A DNA stretch of 32,000 bases, taken from Pseudothioglobus sp. nBUS_23 (GTDB taxonomy: Bacteria > Pseudomonadota > Gammaproteobacteria > PS1 > Pseudothioglobaceae). Under the pieces are notes generated by a model that worked only from the letters and a program-made list of their open reading frames with translations, did not search any database and had not been told where the DNA came from. This document shows positions 17,559 to 25,086 of this stretch, piece by piece. Position 1 is the stretch's first letter. Every line of letters starts with the position of its first letter. The stretch spans positions 1,762,441-1,794,440 of the forward strand of contig NZ_CP179200.1 of NCBI RefSeq assembly GCF_051201565.1. Reading direction: 5' to 3'. The translations under genes were made by a program, and so were the position numbers.

Positions 17559-18440
17559 TTATTGATGTTTTTTTCCAAAAAATGGGACTAGTATTGGCGT
17601 TCTTTTTTTGTATTCAATATAGTCCTTGTCTTCGCCCCATTTTTTTTCAGCCTTGTCTTCTAAAAAAGGAAGTCCACTTATTCTTGTCAAAAGGAGAAAC
17701 ACAAACACAGGAGATGCTAGAGTCACAAACTGCCAGCCAGATAAAAATGGTAGCGAGATAATTGCAATACCAGCCCATAGAATAATTTCTCCAAAATAGT
17801 TTGGATGGCGAGATACAGACCATAGCCCCTGGGTGATAAACCTGCCTTCATTTTTAGGCTGCTCACTGAAGTGCTTTTTTTGTTTGTCAGCAATCACCTC
17901 AAAACCAAAGCCTAATAACCACAACAAAGCCCCCATGATAAAAAATATACCAATTGGCTCAAGTGGGTTCAGCGCGATTAAAGTAATGGCGTTTACAGTC
18001 GTTAAGAAGACCCAAAGCGCTGACAATGTCCAAGTCATTAAAAACTTTGGAATCGATTTTTTTATATCTCTAAACCTGCTGTCTTCACCCGCTTTCACTA
18101 TTCTTTTATAAAGAAATATTCCCAGTCTTAAGGTCCAAACAGATACAAAGGAGGCAACGAATACTGAACGAATTGATGCTTCTGCTCCCGAACTCAAGAG
18201 CGCAAACATCGCAGTTAAAACAACAAGGAGCGTAGCAACCATCCCTGTAAAGTCAAAATATTTTTCTGAGCTTGTAATTAACGAAGGAACCGCAATCATC
18301 CAATGCGTCACAAAACTGACGATGGCACACAAAAGAATTATTGGAATTCCAGAAAAAAATATCCCATCAACTGAAGCTGCTATAGCAACAAGGTAAGCCG
18401 TTAAAATGCATAAAGCGATAGCGCCAAAGTCTCTAATCAT
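17559..18440 (-). CDS. DUF1295 membrane protein (steroid 5-alpha-reductase / ICMT-like fold)
   Basis: 293 aa, polytopic. The C-terminal GLWSVSRHPNYFGEIILWAG motif is characteristic of DUF1295. Confidence 0.8.
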   Translation of the reverse strand: MIRDFGAIALCILTAYLVAIAASVDGIFFSGIPIILLCAIVSFVTHWMIAVPSLITSSEKYFDFTGMVATLLVVLTAMFALLSSGAEASIRSVFVASFVSVWTLRLGIFLYKRIVKAGEDSRFRDIKKSIPKFLMTWTLSALWVFLTTVNAITLIALNPLEPIGIFFIMGALLWLLGFGFEVIADKQKKHFSEQPKNEGRFITQGLWSVSRHPNYFGEIILWAGIAIISLPFLSGWQFVTLASPVFVFLLLTRISGLPFLEDKAEKKWGEDKDYIEYKKRTPILVPFFGKKHQ

Positions 18441-19474
18441 TGCGGTTTCTCAAAAAGGTAGTGCGAGACGCCCCATTCGGAGCCATGGGCAAACCCAAAA
18501 AGAACCTCGCAAGACATGAAAAAAATACGCCATCTTTGGAACCATGACTTGGCGTCATTTTTTCCATAAGTTTTCTTAAAGAGCTCTAAAACCTCTGCTT
18601 TATTTTTGTCCATTTTTTGAAGCCAAGCAAGAGAGGTTTTTTCGTAGTGCGTTCCACTCACTCTCCAGTCTTTTTGTATTTTCATTTGACCTGGAAAGCT
18701 CATCAATAGCCTATGGGAAGGCATTTGGCCACCGCTAAAAAACTCCCTTGCCATCCAGTCTGCATCGTCATTATCTTCAAACGGATAGGCAACTCTTTGG
18801 TGGGAAAATATATGTACAAAAAGCTTTCCTTCCTTTTTTAACCACAAATTAACTCTGCCAAGTAGTTTTTCATAATTGCGCATATGCTCAAACATCTCGA
18901 TTGAAACAACTCGATCAAACAATCCCTCAGCCTCAAAATCATTCATGTCTGCAGTGATAACCCTGACATTGTCTAGCTTAAGCTGTCTGCATCTCTCTTC
19001 TATAAACAGCCTCTGGTCATTAGAGTTGCTAACTGCGGTAATTTTACTTTTTGGAAAATGCTCCGCCATATAGAGCGTTAAAGACCCCCATCCGCACCCT
19101 AACTCTAATATATCTTGGCCATCAACCAATTCTGCTCTCTGCGTTGTCAGCTCTAGCATGGCAGATTCAGACTGATCTAGCGAAGACACCCCTTTTGGCC
19201 AATGGCCGGAGCTATATTTAAGCCTCTTTCCGAGCACGAGCTCAAAGAGTCTTGGCGGAACCTCATAATGCTGTTCGTTTGCTTTTTCTGGAACAAGTGC
19301 AATTGGGCTTTTCTTTAAAACTTCAACCCATGCGGCATGCTCCTTTTCCATATCATCATCACTAAAGCTTGTTGCCTTCACCAAGCGTTGACTGCATAGG
19401 CGCTTTATTCCGAGCCTGATTAATGAGTCCGGCAACCACCCTTTTTCTGCAAGTTTAATTAATAAAGTAATCAT
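18437..19474 (-). CDS. SAM-dependent methyltransferase of the cyclopropane-fatty-acyl-phospholipid synthase (CMAS) family, short form
   Basis: 345 aa. SAM motif ILELGCGWGSL, SIEMFEHM, and a C-terminal W..YF..CE..F region typical of CFA synthases. ATGA-type 4-nt overlap with the downstream gene. Confidence 0.85.
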   Translation of the reverse strand: MITLLIKLAEKGWLPDSLIRLGIKRLCSQRLVKATSFSDDDMEKEHAAWVEVLKKSPIALVPEKANEQHYEVPPRLFELVLGKRLKYSSGHWPKGVSSLDQSESAMLELTTQRAELVDGQDILELGCGWGSLTLYMAEHFPKSKITAVSNSNDQRLFIEERCRQLKLDNVRVITADMNDFEAEGLFDRVVSIEMFEHMRNYEKLLGRVNLWLKKEGKLFVHIFSHQRVAYPFEDNDDADWMAREFFSGGQMPSHRLLMSFPGQMKIQKDWRVSGTHYEKTSLAWLQKMDKNKAEVLELFKKTYGKNDAKSWFQRWRIFFMSCEVLFGFAHGSEWGVSHYLFEKPQ

Positions 19475-19477
19475 AAG

Positions 19478-20767
19478 TTAATATGTAATTTGAGTGTTTC
19501 TTGAATCCGGCTTAGCAAATACAAGCTGAAAGTCTCCAATTAGGTTTTCAAGAAAACCTGCTTCACAGTAGACCAGGTAAAAATTCCAAATCCTCGTAAA
19601 AGGCTCTGAAAAACCAAGCTCTTTAACCTGAGGCAAAACAGCTAGAAAGTCTTCTCGCCAAATCTCTAGGGTTCTTGCATAATGATGAGTAATGTCTTCA
19701 GAGTGTATCATCGCCATATCAGTCTTATCTTTGATGGCTTGCAATATTTGTGGCATTGCAACAAGACATGAGCCTGGAAAAATATACTTCCTTATAAAGT
19801 CAACTGATCTCTTGTAAGAATCAAAGTCGGGGTCATTGTAGGTTATCCCTTGAAGCAGCATGAGTCCATTTATTTTCATTAATGAGGATGCTTTTTCGAA
19901 GAACCCAGGAACGTACTCTGCGCCGACAGCCTCTATCATTTCAATAGAAACAACCTTGTCAAATGAACCCTCAAGCTCTCGATAGTCTTTGCTTAAAAGT
20001 GTTATTTTGTTATCAAGGCCTTCTTTAGATATAAGCTCTGATGCATATTGAAACTGTTTATCAGAGATGGTTGTTGTTGTAACCTTGCAGCCATAGTTTT
20101 TAGCGGCATGAATTGCAAAGCTTCCCCACCCTGTGCCAATTTCAAGAACATGGTCTGTGTTTTTAAGCTTGAGTTTTCTACAGATTCTATCTAATTTTTC
20201 AATAGAAGCCTCTTTCATGCTTGAGCTCTTATTAAGAAAAACTCCACTTGAATAGGTCATTGTTGGATCTAGCCAAAGCTTGTAAAAATCATTACTCAAA
20301 TCATAGTGGGCCAAGATATTGTTTTTACTTCCAGCTAAAGTATTTTGTCTTTTTTTGTGAATTAGTTTTGTAATTGGATTGGCCAGTCTTGCTAAGCCAG
20401 ACTCAAGGCCAAGCAAAGTTTTTTTATTTTTAATAATAAGCTGTATCAACTTGACAAGGTTGTTGGAGCCCCAGTATCCAGCAGTGAAGGCCTCTGCAGC
20501 GCCATTTGTCCCCCCACTTCCTAAAAAAACATAAAACTCTTGCGAAAAAACCTCCAGCTCTGCCTTAAACTCAGAATCTGGATTACCAAAAACGTGTTTG
20601 TGGTCTCCATCAATAATGGTTAGCTCACCACTATTAATGCTTTTTAGCTTTCTAAATAAAATGCTTTTAAAAAAAGACGTTGTGCGTGTGCTTTTTTGCA
20701 TTTCTTGAATGCTGTTCGCAAGAGCGTCAACGGATAGCTTGTCTTTGAACTGTTTTTCTTTTGTCAT
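19478..20767 (-). CDS. Cyclopropane-fatty-acyl-phospholipid synthase family protein, long form with N-terminal extension
   Basis: 429 aa. HYDLSNDFY, VLEIGTGWGSFA, SIEMIEAVG and LVYCEAGF motifs. Confidence 0.85.
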   Translation of the reverse strand: MTKEKQFKDKLSVDALANSIQEMQKSTRTTSFFKSILFRKLKSINSGELTIIDGDHKHVFGNPDSEFKAELEVFSQEFYVFLGSGGTNGAAEAFTAGYWGSNNLVKLIQLIIKNKKTLLGLESGLARLANPITKLIHKKRQNTLAGSKNNILAHYDLSNDFYKLWLDPTMTYSSGVFLNKSSSMKEASIEKLDRICRKLKLKNTDHVLEIGTGWGSFAIHAAKNYGCKVTTTTISDKQFQYASELISKEGLDNKITLLSKDYRELEGSFDKVVSIEMIEAVGAEYVPGFFEKASSLMKINGLMLLQGITYNDPDFDSYKRSVDFIRKYIFPGSCLVAMPQILQAIKDKTDMAMIHSEDITHHYARTLEIWREDFLAVLPQVKELGFSEPFTRIWNFYLVYCEAGFLENLIGDFQLVFAKPDSRNTQITY

Positions 20768-21528
20768 AATTTATCTGGGTGTGTAAAAAATGGAGCCCTT
20801 CTGATTAAAAGCATCAGGGCTTGCCAATGTATTCTGTAGACAACCATCATAGTTGCAAACGGAAACCTAAGAATAGCCTTAATAAGGCCTTTCTTACTGA
20901 AGGCTTGCCTTTTTAAGCTCAGCGCAACATTGAACACCTTTTCTCCATCTTTATAGTTTTTCATTATTACATTTAACGCCTCTTCAGGATTAGAAAAAAA
21001 CCACTCATATTCGTGGTCCATTCCCCAAAAAGGGCTGACATGGAATTGTTTTTTTGGAGTGGCAGTAAAGCTTAGTTTGCTGCTCGACTCTAGCCGCTCA
21101 TTTATAACGTATGCGTGCCTTTCTTTCCATGGAGTATTAGTAACTTCGGCCATTATAGCCTCAACTTTTTTATCATTTTCATCAAAACAGTAATAAAAAC
21201 TAACTGGATTAAAGCAGTGTCCAAAGTATCTTAAGTGTGTAAGAAGCCTGATTGGACCTTTGAATTCTATACCTGTTTTTTCATGCATAGTTTTTCTAAC
21301 AGCCTCTTCAAGGCCTATTGATGGGTCCCCATGATAGTCCTGTCTCCTGTAGGAAACGATTGCAGGCTTGTTGATGTTCCAAAGCATAGATGGCTTCATG
21401 ACAGAGGCTAAATTAGAGATATCAATATAAGCCATAAAAATAGGGTACTTAAAAAAACGGCTGAATGGAGTATGCCTATGGTGACTAATAGTTCCCCAGT
21501 ATAAGTGATGCATTTTAGAAAGGCTCAT
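20764..21528 (-). CDS. DUF1365 family protein
   Basis: 254 aa. N-terminal LYWG.ISH.RH.P....F.Y.IFMAYIDI pattern typical of DUF1365. 4-nt overlaps on both sides. Confidence 0.75.
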   Translation of the reverse strand: MSLSKMHHLYWGTISHHRHTPFSRFFKYPIFMAYIDISNLASVMKPSMLWNINKPAIVSYRRQDYHGDPSIGLEEAVRKTMHEKTGIEFKGPIRLLTHLRYFGHCFNPVSFYYCFDENDKKVEAIMAEVTNTPWKERHAYVINERLESSSKLSFTATPKKQFHVSPFWGMDHEYEWFFSNPEEALNVIMKNYKDGEKVFNVALSLKRQAFSKKGLIKAILRFPFATMMVVYRIHWQALMLLIRRAPFFTHPDKL

Positions 21529-22772
21529 AGCGAGACCCCAAAAGCCTTGCAGACATCGAGCGCACTATTGACTCCGTCTTCATGAAAACCATTGCCCCAG
21601 TAGGCGCCACAATAATATGTATTATTTTGGCCACTGATTTGGTTTTTTTTCTTCTGAGCATGGACTCCATTAACCGTAAAGAGGGGGTGCGAATAATCAA
21701 TTTTTTTGATTATTTTTGAAGGGTTGATTTCGTTCAAACTGTTAAGGGTCACCAAAAAGTCTGGTTTCGCGTCCAATGACTGAAGAATATTCATATTATA
21801 AGTCAGTGTGACGGGTCTATTTGGGTCGCCACTCAACAAATAATTCCAGCTTGACCAGGTTTTTTTAATTTTTGGCATTAGTGTCACATCAGTGTGAACT
21901 ATAGCTGTATTTTTTTGATAGGGCAAGGCCTCAAGAACTGACTTTTCATCATTGCTTGGGTCCTTAAGCAATGCTAGCGCTTGGTCGCTATGGGTAGCAA
22001 AGACAACTTTATCAAAAAATAATGGATCAGCTTCTTTTTCACAATAAATCTTGACCTCAGAGGGGTTGCGCTCTACTTTTATTACTGGCTTAGATAGAAG
22101 AATTTTTTCCTGAAAACCCTCAATTATTTTTTGAACATAGGACTTAGAGCCGCCCTTGATAACAAACCATTGTGGGCGATTAAATATCTGGAGAAGACCA
22201 TGGTTTTTAAAAAAACGAATGAAAAAAGCTGCGGGCATTTCCGTTGTTTTGTTAGCTGCAGTTGACCAAATAGCCGCACCCATTGGAATAATGTAATTCT
22301 CCACAAAGGGCTTGCTAAACTTATGTTTTTCTAAGAAACTAAGAATAGTTGTTGTCTCGTCAGCCTTGGAAAGCTCTTTTGCAGCTAGGCGATTAAAGCG
22401 AAGAACGTCCTTCAGCATAATCAAAAAGGCTGGCTTGAACAAATTAAGTCTCTGGGCAAAAACCGTATTTAGAGACCCCCCAGAATACTCAAGGTTTTGT
22501 GATGGCGCCTTAACACTGAAACCCATTGTAGTCTTTTGGACCTTTACCTTTAGTTTTTTTAGAAGCTTAATGAAATTAGGGTAGGTTTTTTCGTTGTAAA
22601 CAATAAAGCCTGAATCGACCTTCCACATTTTGTTGTTCTGGCTTATTTCGTGTGTGTGGGTATGTCCACCAATATAGTCATTTGCTTCAAAAACAGTAAT
22701 GTCGTGGTCTTTGTGTAAAAGGTATGCAGTGGTTAAGCCCGATATTCCACTGCCAATAATCGCAATCTTCAT
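21525..22772 (-). CDS. FAD/NAD(P)-binding amine-oxidase/desaturase-like oxidoreductase
   Basis: N-terminal dinucleotide fold MKIAIIGSGISGLTTAYLL...V.FEA....GGH. I prefer the ATG at 22772; the ORF track's TTG at 22781 adds only 3 residues. Confidence 0.85.
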   Translation of the reverse strand: MKIAIIGSGISGLTTAYLLHKDHDITVFEANDYIGGHTHTHEISQNNKMWKVDSGFIVYNEKTYPNFIKLLKKLKVKVQKTTMGFSVKAPSQNLEYSGGSLNTVFAQRLNLFKPAFLIMLKDVLRFNRLAAKELSKADETTTILSFLEKHKFSKPFVENYIIPMGAAIWSTAANKTTEMPAAFFIRFFKNHGLLQIFNRPQWFVIKGGSKSYVQKIIEGFQEKILLSKPVIKVERNPSEVKIYCEKEADPLFFDKVVFATHSDQALALLKDPSNDEKSVLEALPYQKNTAIVHTDVTLMPKIKKTWSSWNYLLSGDPNRPVTLTYNMNILQSLDAKPDFLVTLNSLNEINPSKIIKKIDYSHPLFTVNGVHAQKKKNQISGQNNTYYCGAYWGNGFHEDGVNSALDVCKAFGVSL

Positions 22773-23129
22773 AAACAACAATTAAATATATAATGTTGAG
22801 CCTCCCCTTTAATAGCTCTAAGCACTATCATAACCAAAAACTGCGCAGGAAAAACGAAAAAAGGCCCAATTATAACGAGTCTTTTTTTGGGATGCGTCGA
22901 ATACTCTAAAAGCCTTACACAGAAAAACAGGCAGCCAAATAGTCTTTGCGTATTTAGAAAAAATATGGGATAATTGTCGCCTTTCAGCATTTTAGCTGGA
23001 AAAGGAACGGCATTGTATTAACAACGTCAGTAATTTAATGTATCACACAGCGCCCCAATATTAGTCAGGGTGCCCTTTAAAAGGGGTTGGCTAATAGGCA
23101 ATGTGGAAGTCTTAACCCAGGAGAAATGT

Positions 23130-24122
23130 ATGGCGAAAGCGTCAATGAAAAAAATGTTAGAGGCCGGTGTTCACTTCGGCCACAGGTCTCGTTTTTGGCA
23201 CCCAAAAATGGAGCCTTATATTTACGGAACACGAAACGGTGTTCACATAATCAATTTAGAAAAAACACTGCCCCAGTTTAATGATGTACTAAACTTTGCA
23301 AGCAAAACTGCATCTCAAGGAGGATCAATTCTCTTTGTAGGAACAAAAAGAGCTGCAAGCAACATAATTAAAGATGAGGCAATTCGTTGCGGCATGCCTT
23401 ACGTTAATCATCGCTGGTTAGGCGGAATGATGACAAACTACAAAACTATCAAGGCGTCTATAAAACGACTTAAAGATTTAGAGTTTCTAGCAGAAGAAAA
23501 CTTTGCTCAATTTACTAAGAAAGAAGCCCTAGTAATGACCCGCGAGATGGAGAAGCTAGAAAGAAGCCTTGGCGGCATTAAAGACTTGGGCACCATACCT
23601 GATGTTGTTTTTGTGGTTGACATTGGTCATGAAAAAAATGCTGTTAGAGAAGCTCAAACTCTTCGCCTGCCAATTATAGGCGTTGTAGACTCTAATCATA
23701 ATCCTGAGGGCATCGATTATGTGATAGCTGGAAATGATGATTCAATTAGAGCAATTGGATACTATGCAAGAAAAATTGCAGACGCGGTTTTGGAGGCTAA
23801 AGCTTCTATCGTTGAGACAAAGCCTGCAGCAAAGAAAGAGGCTACTAAAAAGCCTGCAGCAAAGAAAGAGGTTTCTGAAGAAAGCACTGAAGCGGAAGCG
23901 CCTGCTGAAGAGAAAAAACCTGCAGCTAAAAAGCCTGCAGCAAAGAAAAAGGTTTCTGAAGAAAGCACTGAAGCGGAAGCGCCTGCTGAAGAGAAAAAAC
24001 CTGCAGCTAAAAAGCCTGCAGCTAAAAAGCCTGCAGAAAAGAAAGAGGCTACTAAAAAGCCTGCAGCTAAAAAGCCTGCAGCAAAGAAAACCTCAGCTAA
24101 GAAAACTGAGGCCGACAAGTAA
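23130..24122 (+). CDS. rpsB: 30S ribosomal protein S2 with a C-terminal Lys/Ala/Pro/Glu-rich extension of about 100 aa
   Basis: AGGAGA RBS at 23119-23124. [24 protein letters not shown] is the canonical S2 N-terminus, so the upstream GTG at 23070 is rejected. The CDS is 330 aa against 241 aa in E. coli. Confidence 0.95.
   Translation: MAKASMKKMLEAGVHFGHRSRFWHPKMEPYIYGTRNGVHIINLEKTLPQFNDVLNFASKTASQGGSILFVGTKRAASNIIKDEAIRCGMPYVNHRWLGGMMTNYKTIKASIKRLKDLEFLAEENFAQFTKKEALVMTREMEKLERSLGGIKDLGTIPDVVFVVDIGHEKNAVREAQTLRLPIIGVVDSNHNPEGIDYVIAGNDDSIRAIGYYARKIADAVLEAKASIVETKPAAKKEATKKPAAKKEVSEESTEAEAPAEEKKPAAKKPAAKKKVSEESTEAEAPAEEKKPAAKKPAAKKPAEKKEATKKPAAKKPAAKKTSAKKTEADK
23851..24012 (+). repeat. 81-bp tandem duplication (2 copies, 1 mismatch) inside the S2 tail, embedded in a wider array of AAGCCTGCAGCWAARAA (KPAAKK) motifs spanning about 23818-24095
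   Basis: Copy 1 is 23851-23931 and copy 2 is 23932-24012. They differ only at one G/A (E to K). A third copy starts at 24013 but diverges. Confidence 0.95.
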
Positions 24123-24152
24123 TCAAGTTCGGTTTATATAGGAGACATTAAT

Positions 24153-25031
24153 ATGGCAATCACAGCCGCTTTAGTTAAAGAATTAAGAGAAAGAACTGGT
24201 GCAGGAATGATGGACTGCAAGAAAGCGCTCGTTGAAACCAATGCAGATCTTGAGGCAGCAATTGACTTGATGCGCGCTTCAGGAGCTGCAAAAGCTGCAA
24301 AGAAAGCTGGTCGAGTTGCTTCTGAAGGATTGGTGAATGTTACTATCAGTGATGATAACAAACATGCTGCAATTCTTGAGGTCAACTCTGAAACTGACTT
24401 CGTCACAAAAGGCTCTGCATTTATAGATTTTGTAGAAGCCTTAGGTGCACTAGCGCTCAAAAATAAGCCTGAGTCAGTTGAAAGCTTTGTAAGCCAGAAG
24501 CTAGATTCTGGAGAAACTGTTGATGAGGCTAGAGAGGGAATTATTGCGAAGATTGGAGAAAATATTTCAGTTAGAAGAGTGCAAATTGTAAGCACTGATA
24601 GTGGTGTTTTAGGCGCCTATAAACATGGTGATCGAATTGCAGTGCTTGCAGTGCTCTCGTCTGAGGATGCTGAATTAGCTAAAGATGTGGCTATGCACAT
24701 TGCCGCTTCTAGGCCTGAGTGTGTAAGTGAAGATCAGCTTTCCAGCGAACTGCTAGAGAGGGAGAAAGCAATCTTTATTGAACAAGCAAAAGAGAGTGGC
24801 AAGCCAGATAACATCATTGAAAAGATGATTGTGGGAAGAATGAAAAAATTTGTAAACGAGGTAACCCTTTACGGACAGGCATTTGTTAAGGACCCAGACA
24901 TGGCTGTTGGAGACCTTGTAAAATCGAAAAATTCTGAAGTTTTATCGTTTGTTCGATATGAAGTTGGCGAAGGAATAGAGAAAAAAGAAGACAACTTCGT
25001 TGAAGAGGTTATGGCGCAAGCTCAAGCCTAA
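24153..25031 (+). CDS. tsf: Translation elongation factor Ts
   Basis: 292 aa. N-terminal AALVKELRERTGAGMMDCKKAL UBA-like motif. Follows rpsB as in most bacteria. Confidence 0.95.
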   Translation: MAITAALVKELRERTGAGMMDCKKALVETNADLEAAIDLMRASGAAKAAKKAGRVASEGLVNVTISDDNKHAAILEVNSETDFVTKGSAFIDFVEALGALALKNKPESVESFVSQKLDSGETVDEAREGIIAKIGENISVRRVQIVSTDSGVLGAYKHGDRIAVLAVLSSEDAELAKDVAMHIAASRPECVSEDQLSSELLEREKAIFIEQAKESGKPDNIIEKMIVGRMKKFVNEVTLYGQAFVKDPDMAVGDLVKSKNSEVLSFVRYEVGEGIEKKEDNFVEEVMAQAQA

Positions 25032-25048
25032 CAACCATAGTTTTTTCG

Positions 25049-25077
25049 AAAAAAAGGCGCTTTTAAGCGCCTTTTTT
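25049..25077. terminator. Bidirectional rho-independent terminator between convergent tsf and the RND/MMPL gene
   Basis: A7-GGCGC-TTTTAA-GCGCC-T6. The GC stem is flanked by an A-run and a T-run, so it reads as a terminator on both strands. Confidence 0.8.
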
Positions 25078-25086
25078 ATGTCTTCA

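Noticed and set aside
22782-22900. ECF sigmaE-ChrR-type promoter upstream of the lipid operon (TGATAG...TAAAG on the minus strand)
   Set aside because: The spacing and sequence do not fit the consensus as I remember it, and no rpoE/chrR genes are in the window. A TATAAT hexamer is present (complement of about 22869-22874), but no -35 lies at an acceptable distance.
22769-22990. 73-aa hydrophobic ORF upstream of and overlapping the FAD oxidoreductase start
   Set aside because: It has no RBS and no recognisable motif, and it overlaps the Rossmann-fold start region. It is most likely a chance ORF in the AT-rich promoter region. A small membrane peptide cannot be excluded without ribosome profiling.
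23070-23129. N-terminal 20-codon extension of rpsB from a GTG start
   Set aside because: The canonical S2 N-terminus begins at the ATG at 23130, which has an AGGAGA RBS 6 nt upstream. The extension has no homology and no RBS.
23734-24141. Alternative-frame ORF (135 aa, LKSLQQRKR repeats) and antisense ORF 23762-24118 across the S2 tail
   Set aside because: These are repeat-induced open frames. The S2 frame is continuous with the conserved core and ends at a proper stop 30 nt before the tsf RBS.
24134-24595. 153-aa antisense ORF inside tsf. Similar antisense ORFs lie at 7407-7793, 7709-8038, 8200-8715 and 11402-11812.
   Set aside because: They lie opposite genes with strong family motifs, have low-complexity or odd composition and lack RBSs. 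They are typical shadow ORFs.
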